The notes under the pieces are model-generated. The model made no database searches. It saw only the letters and a list, made by a program, of their open reading frames with translations, and was not told the origin of the DNA. A stretch of DNA of 63,965 nt, counting the filler, from Piptocephalis cylindrospora (taxonomy: Eukaryota): NCBI GenBank assembly GCA_003614145.1. It is 4 parts of 4 records of this genome, joined end to end, with 100 filler letters (N's around TTAATTAATTAA, not from the genome) between each part and the next. Parts side by side here need not be neighbours in the genome. Positions count along the whole stretch, not along the records: positions 48,163 to 63,965 come from KZ987882.1; 3 more parts are not named here. The stretch is one strand, 5' to 3'. Each line of letters starts with the position of its first letter. Position 1 is the stretch's first letter. Positions 59,522 through 63,965 of the stretch are shown piece after piece. Both the position numbers and the translations under genes were made by a program.

Positions 59522-60786
59522 ATGATGGTAAGTCCAATTTACCCTATTCTCATTGTCGTCTCTCTTTTCTTTGTTTTTCACCATTGTTCATACATCCCCT
59601 CATGCCCCTACGCCACACGGATGACGACTGGTTCGACGATCCAGAAGAAGAGGCAATTGAGCCCGAACCTCCCAAGTCGGAAGGAGAGCAAAGCGAGGAG
59701 GAGGATTATTTGAATATGGACCTCACCGCCCTGGAACAGGCCACTCGAACTGCAAATTCAAAAGAGACCCGGACATATTCGGAGCGGCGGCGTCAGAAAG
59801 TGGAAGCACAACGGCAACGAGGGTACATTAAGCCCTTGAGGGAAAGGGAGGCTGAGAAGCGACGGGAAGGTTTGGCCAAACCCGTGGATAAATCCAATCG
59901 CGGCCTGTCCCTCCTAAAGCGCATGGGATACAGGTGAGTCGATGATGGAGGGTGGGGGAGGAAGAGTTATGGCATGGGTAGCTCATTTTCCATGGATATA
60001 GGGAAGGAAGTGCGCTTGGCAAGGAGTCCAAGGGCCTGTCCGAACCCCTCTCCATTGTTATTCGGTCACGTAGGTGCAAGGGTGATCTTGGAATGGGAGA
60101 ATCAAGGCTTACTCTATGACATGCATGATACATTTTATCAGGACGAACGGGGCTTGGAATGGATCTTCAGGACGAAAGGGACTTCTCTGTACCCTCAGAG
60201 GGTTCCCAGGGGAACAAGAGAAGATTGGAGGAGGGGGAAGAGGAAACGGAAGAGGATTTCCGGCAGCGGCAAATGTCCCAGTACGTGGCGCGGCGCGTCG
60301 TTGGAGATACCCGAAGAGCCCGAGAGACTGCTGAACAACTCGATCGAGACAAGGTAGCTTTGGATGGCAGAGAAAATGAATTGGCTTACCTTCTGAAAAT
60401 GGTAATAGCTTATCCTTTACTGCTGCTATAGGGCGTGGAAAGTATGTATTGGCCATGGATCCCCGAGGAGACCACGATGGATGGGGCTGGAGAGGGGCAG
60501 ATTAGGGAGGAGACGCCACCTTCTTTTGAGCTCTTACCGGTAAGAGGGAATTCTTGGGATGGGAGGGAGCACCATGGGATTTCTATCTTAATCGCCAAAA
60601 ATTACAATAATGCATACTCATCTCAATGAATGGACGGGAAAGCAGAAAGAGGAGCAGCTGGAGGAAACAACTAGATATCTTCGAAAGCACTACTACTATT
60701 GCCTTTGGTGCGGGTATGCTTATGATACGATCGAGGAGCTTGACGAGTGCTGTCCTGGGAATTCGTACGATGATCATGCTGAATAG
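59522..60786 (+). CDS. GPATCH11: G-patch domain protein 11 (CCDC75) with C-terminal DUF4187-type zinc motif
   Basis: EEEDYLNMDL, G-patch NRGLSLLKRMGY|REGSALGK...GLG and C-terminal YLRKHYYYCLWCGYAY...CPG...DH. Start codon uncertain (59522 or 59602). Confidence 0.85.
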
Positions 60787-61314
60787 GGGGGAAAGGGATA
60801 TTTCTGGTGGGGTGGGATGGACGTTTACGATAAAGCTATACATGTTAATTGATGCAGCTGTTCTGCCCTCTGGTCTGGTGAATTGAAGTGAAAGGATGGT
60901 ACCATCTTGTGCAAGAATAATTTGGCCCGACCTGGGCGTAAAGGGAAGAAAGAGAGGAGCAAAGGATAGGATGGAAACAATAGCATGAGCGTGCTGACAC
61001 GTCATTCCCTTTAATGCCCACCGTCGTATACACGCTGATCAGGCCTAGGAAACGCGAAAAGTGGTATTGCCCACCAGGGGGAGGACACACACGGGTCCAA
61101 AATACGCGTCCCAGGATGGCCATCAAGCACGGCGACACACAACCGAGACGCGCCTGTGCTCAGAGCCTGGGCTCGGGCACGCCTGTCTCACCTCTGTACA
61201 CACGAGCCCATGCCCGTTGAACAACACTCCGCCCAAGCGGACTAATCCTGACGCCTCGAAGCACCGCTTACCTTTCCTTCTGCACCACTTCCTTCTCCGC
61301 CTGATCCTTCAGCC

Positions 61315-62226
61315 ATGTCCCGAGCCCTCCCTAGGACGTTTATGGTTCAACCCTTATCCAGGTTTTCTGGGCCTTTACCAGGGTACACTCGGCCCGCGGA
61401 GGTAGCCTCATATAGCCATGATAAGCACCGACAGCTCCATCACGACGACCGAGCTTTGGCGTACTATCACGCAGCCAGAGTGGGGGAAACGGACCTGAAT
61501 ACGGGCTACCCGGACCGATACATCAAACGGGATGACGGGGTGGATGAACGGTTGGACGGGTTATGTGAGGCTATTCAACAAGCGAAGCAAAGAAAGTTGC
61601 AAGAACATGGAACTGATGAGCGTCTTTTGGCTGATGTGGTAAGTGGGAAAGAATGGAAGATGGGGGAGGATGTGGGATCATCTACCCATCTAGTATCGCG
61701 GTGCTTTACTGATGAAATGGTCAATGAATCCATCCTATGAATAGGTGTGTTTCCGTGGGGTGATGACACGACTCTTGTGTGCTCCCTATGACTGCAGCGA
61801 TGGGTTTTCCATTCGGATCAGCAAGTACAAGGTGAGCAGCGTGATCCACGGTGGGAGGGGATAGGGAGAGAGAATCACGCTCAACGCCTTACCCTACCGG
61901 CCATAGGGAACCATCTATCTGTGTGGGGAGACGCCTGAGGAGAAGAGGGAGGCTGAGAGGATGCGTGGGGACCGGAGGTACCCCATGATGGATCGGATGG
62001 GGTACTGGGGCTATCGGTTCGAGGGTTACTCAACTATCCCCGTTCCTCCGGACCAATTGGACCGAGGGCAAGAGGAAGATACGAGGGTGAGGAAGTGGAA
62101 GGATGACTATGTGGTGGATACGCACCAAGAGTATTGCAGCGTCTTTGCCTCTCGTCTTGGTCAGACCCGGCTATTGATGGGAGCCGAGGTAGATTGCGTC
62201 TCCGGTATGTGTATTCTTGGTTGGTA

Positions 62227-62257
<31 letters not shown>

Positions 62258-62921
62258 GGGGTAGAGTGGTTTGTGTGTTTTTTGTTTCAATTCCCCCCGC
62301 ACACTCCCCTTTCCATTTTTGGCCCGTGCCCCCCAGGGAAAAAACCCGGGAAAGGGAGAAGATGTGATGGGAAGATATGTGGAGCTAAAGACGTCCAAGC
62401 TGATCAAGAATGACCGTGATGTACGGTCATTTGAAAGGTAGGTCTGGTGAAAGGGAAAAGTCATGTATATCATCGCTGATGATCATCCCATAGATACAAA
62501 CTCCTCAAGTTCTGGGCCCAGTGCTTCTTACCAGGGATTCCTAGGATAGTGGTGGGATTCCGGGATGAGGCTGGGGTAGTGAGAAAGATCCAGACTATTC
62601 AAACGATGGAGATTCCTCGGATGGTACGGCATCAATCGCATGGCTGGGTAAGAATTGTGCGGGGAAGGGGAGGATGTGATATAGGAGCCCCTAATCACGA
62701 TTTATTCCAATAATGGGCAGGATGCCTCGGTGTGCCTCAAGTTCCTAGATGAGTTGTTAATGTGGCTAAAGACTGAGTTATCCTCCTTACCTGAGGAAGT
62801 GGATATGGATGGGGATATTCCAGTGCATTCCATATCGATGAAAGCACCCTTCCAGTCAGTGGAATTAGACTTGTATACGGGAAGGGATGGATTTCTATTA
62901 AGGCAGTACCTGGATGACTGA
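61315..62921 (+). CDS. RAI1: Rai1/DXO decapping exoribonuclease, multi-exon
   Basis: PAEVASYS, DLNTGY, DV|VCFRGVMT, WGYRFEGY, LMGAEVDC, YVELKTS, KLLKFWAQCFLPGIPRIVVGFRD. Confidence 0.92.
62227..62255 (+). repeat. Poly-G homopolymer (29 nt) in an RAI1 intron
   Basis: Direct reading of the sequence. Confidence 0.9.
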
Positions 62922-63817
62922 TGTGGAATAGAGATTTGGTCATTGAATAGTGATGATGATGGGGGGGTAAATTGGTAAGACGAAAGAGGACAAGACGATT
63001 TTGAAAGAGAAGGGAAGAATCCCATGTCGAACATACGTGCATTCATCTTTTCAGCGACCCTAACTTGACCCAACCTAAAAACCAGACCCAACATAACCTA
63101 AGCCTAAGAACAGTAAAGACCCAACGACCCAACGACCTTGGAAACCCCGGCCATACACAACACGGACACACGGACACATAGACAACCTCGGATATACCAC
63201 CGAAGGGAGGAGGGGGGTCTTGACCATGGAGAGAGAGAGAGAGAGAGCGTGGTGAGCCATGGAACCATGTTGTTTATAATGAATGGAATGGATGGGGAGA
63301 GCATGGACGCTCGCCCCTTTCATAGACCCGTCCTCCCCAAAGTGTAAAGACAATTGACCAGGAACAATGAACTTGTGTGTGAAAGTGGAAGGAAATGTAA
63401 AGGGTGGATGGGAGGGGAAGGGATTGGGGGAAGGGGAAAGGAAAAGTAAAGAAAAAGAAGGTGAAGAGGGTAAGGGGAGGAAAGGAAAAGAGTAGAAAAA
63501 AAAAGAAGAAAAGAATGTCACAAAAAGGGACAGTAAAAATGAACGCATGAGACTTTCTGGGGGGAGGGGGATGTAGGAAAGGGGAGGGAGGAAGGAAAGA
63601 GATAGGAGGTATGGAGGGAAGGAAGGAGGAAAAGAGATTGGAAAAGAGCAAAAGACTGAGATGAAAAAAAGGGATTCGGGTGAGAGGAAGGGAGGGGGGA
63701 GGAGACGTATCATCCAGACACCGATGGAGCCAAAGCACGCATGATTTTGGTACAGGAGTGAAGGAGGAGGAAGGAGAGGGGAGGAGGAGGGGGGAAGGGA
63801 TGAGAGGGATGAGGTGC

Positions 63818-63965
63818 TTACTGATGGTAAGGATGGTAGGGATGATGAGGGAGGGAGGAGGGATCAGGATCACCGGGCCTGGACATGGGAAGGGAGGTGG
63901 TGGTAGGGAGGGTGGTGGGGATAGAAGAGGAGCCTTGGGGGAGGAAGGCGGTGGATGGATGGGTA
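63818..63965 (-). CDS. Possible 3' end of a gene entering from the right edge
   Basis: Open frame ...PSTAFLPQGSSSIPTTLPTTTSLPMSRPGDPDPSSLPHHPYHPYHQ* in low-complexity sequence. Confidence 0.3.
   Translation of the reverse strand, partial: THPSTAFLPQGSSSIPTTLPTTTSLPMSRPGDPDPSSLPHHPYHPYHQ

Noticed and set aside
62227..62360. 29-nt poly-G as a functional G-quadruplex
   Set aside because: Intronic, and followed by homopolymer-rich sequence that looks low quality; length and flanks may be sequencing artefacts.
63075..63810. Long Phe/Ser/Pro-rich minus-strand ORFs
   Set aside because: Produced by stop-poor CT-rich sequence, likely UTR or intergenic; the same applies to ORFs at 25621-26206, 31540-32076 and 33980-34566.

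Overview
Eukaryotic, intron-rich fungal genomic DNA with short GT-AG introns, CTAAC-like branch sites and pyrimidine-rich 5' leaders. Gene style suggests an early-diverging fungus, possibly a Zoopagomycota parasite; this is inference and was not checked. It is a draft scaffold with four N gaps, three of which carry a TTAATTAATTAA linker. About 28 protein-coding loci were reconstructed by hand-splicing. The right part (about 37-63 kb) is mostly housekeeping: two tandem sterol O-acyltransferases, POP3/RPP38-like, PRP46, SNX3, SIN1/AVO1, PRO1, CWC2, MAP1, GPATCH11 and RAI1, plus a decayed Tc1/mariner transposon. The left part (1-36 kb) is rich in orphan surface and signalling genes. These include an F-box fused to a DTW tRNA-modifying domain, a large kinase-unknown domain-SEL1 repeat protein, two paralogous 7TM proteins sharing a C-x-W-x-V-N-x3-C-R-D cap, and an STE3-like 7TM receptor. 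There are also two tandem PPxY single-pass proteins and several secreted proteins, two of which are adjacent and share a fusion-peptide-like Gly/Ala segment. SIN1 is split across opposite strands, which indicates an inversion, probably an assembly or amplification chimera. No rRNA, tRNA or CRISPR array was recognised.
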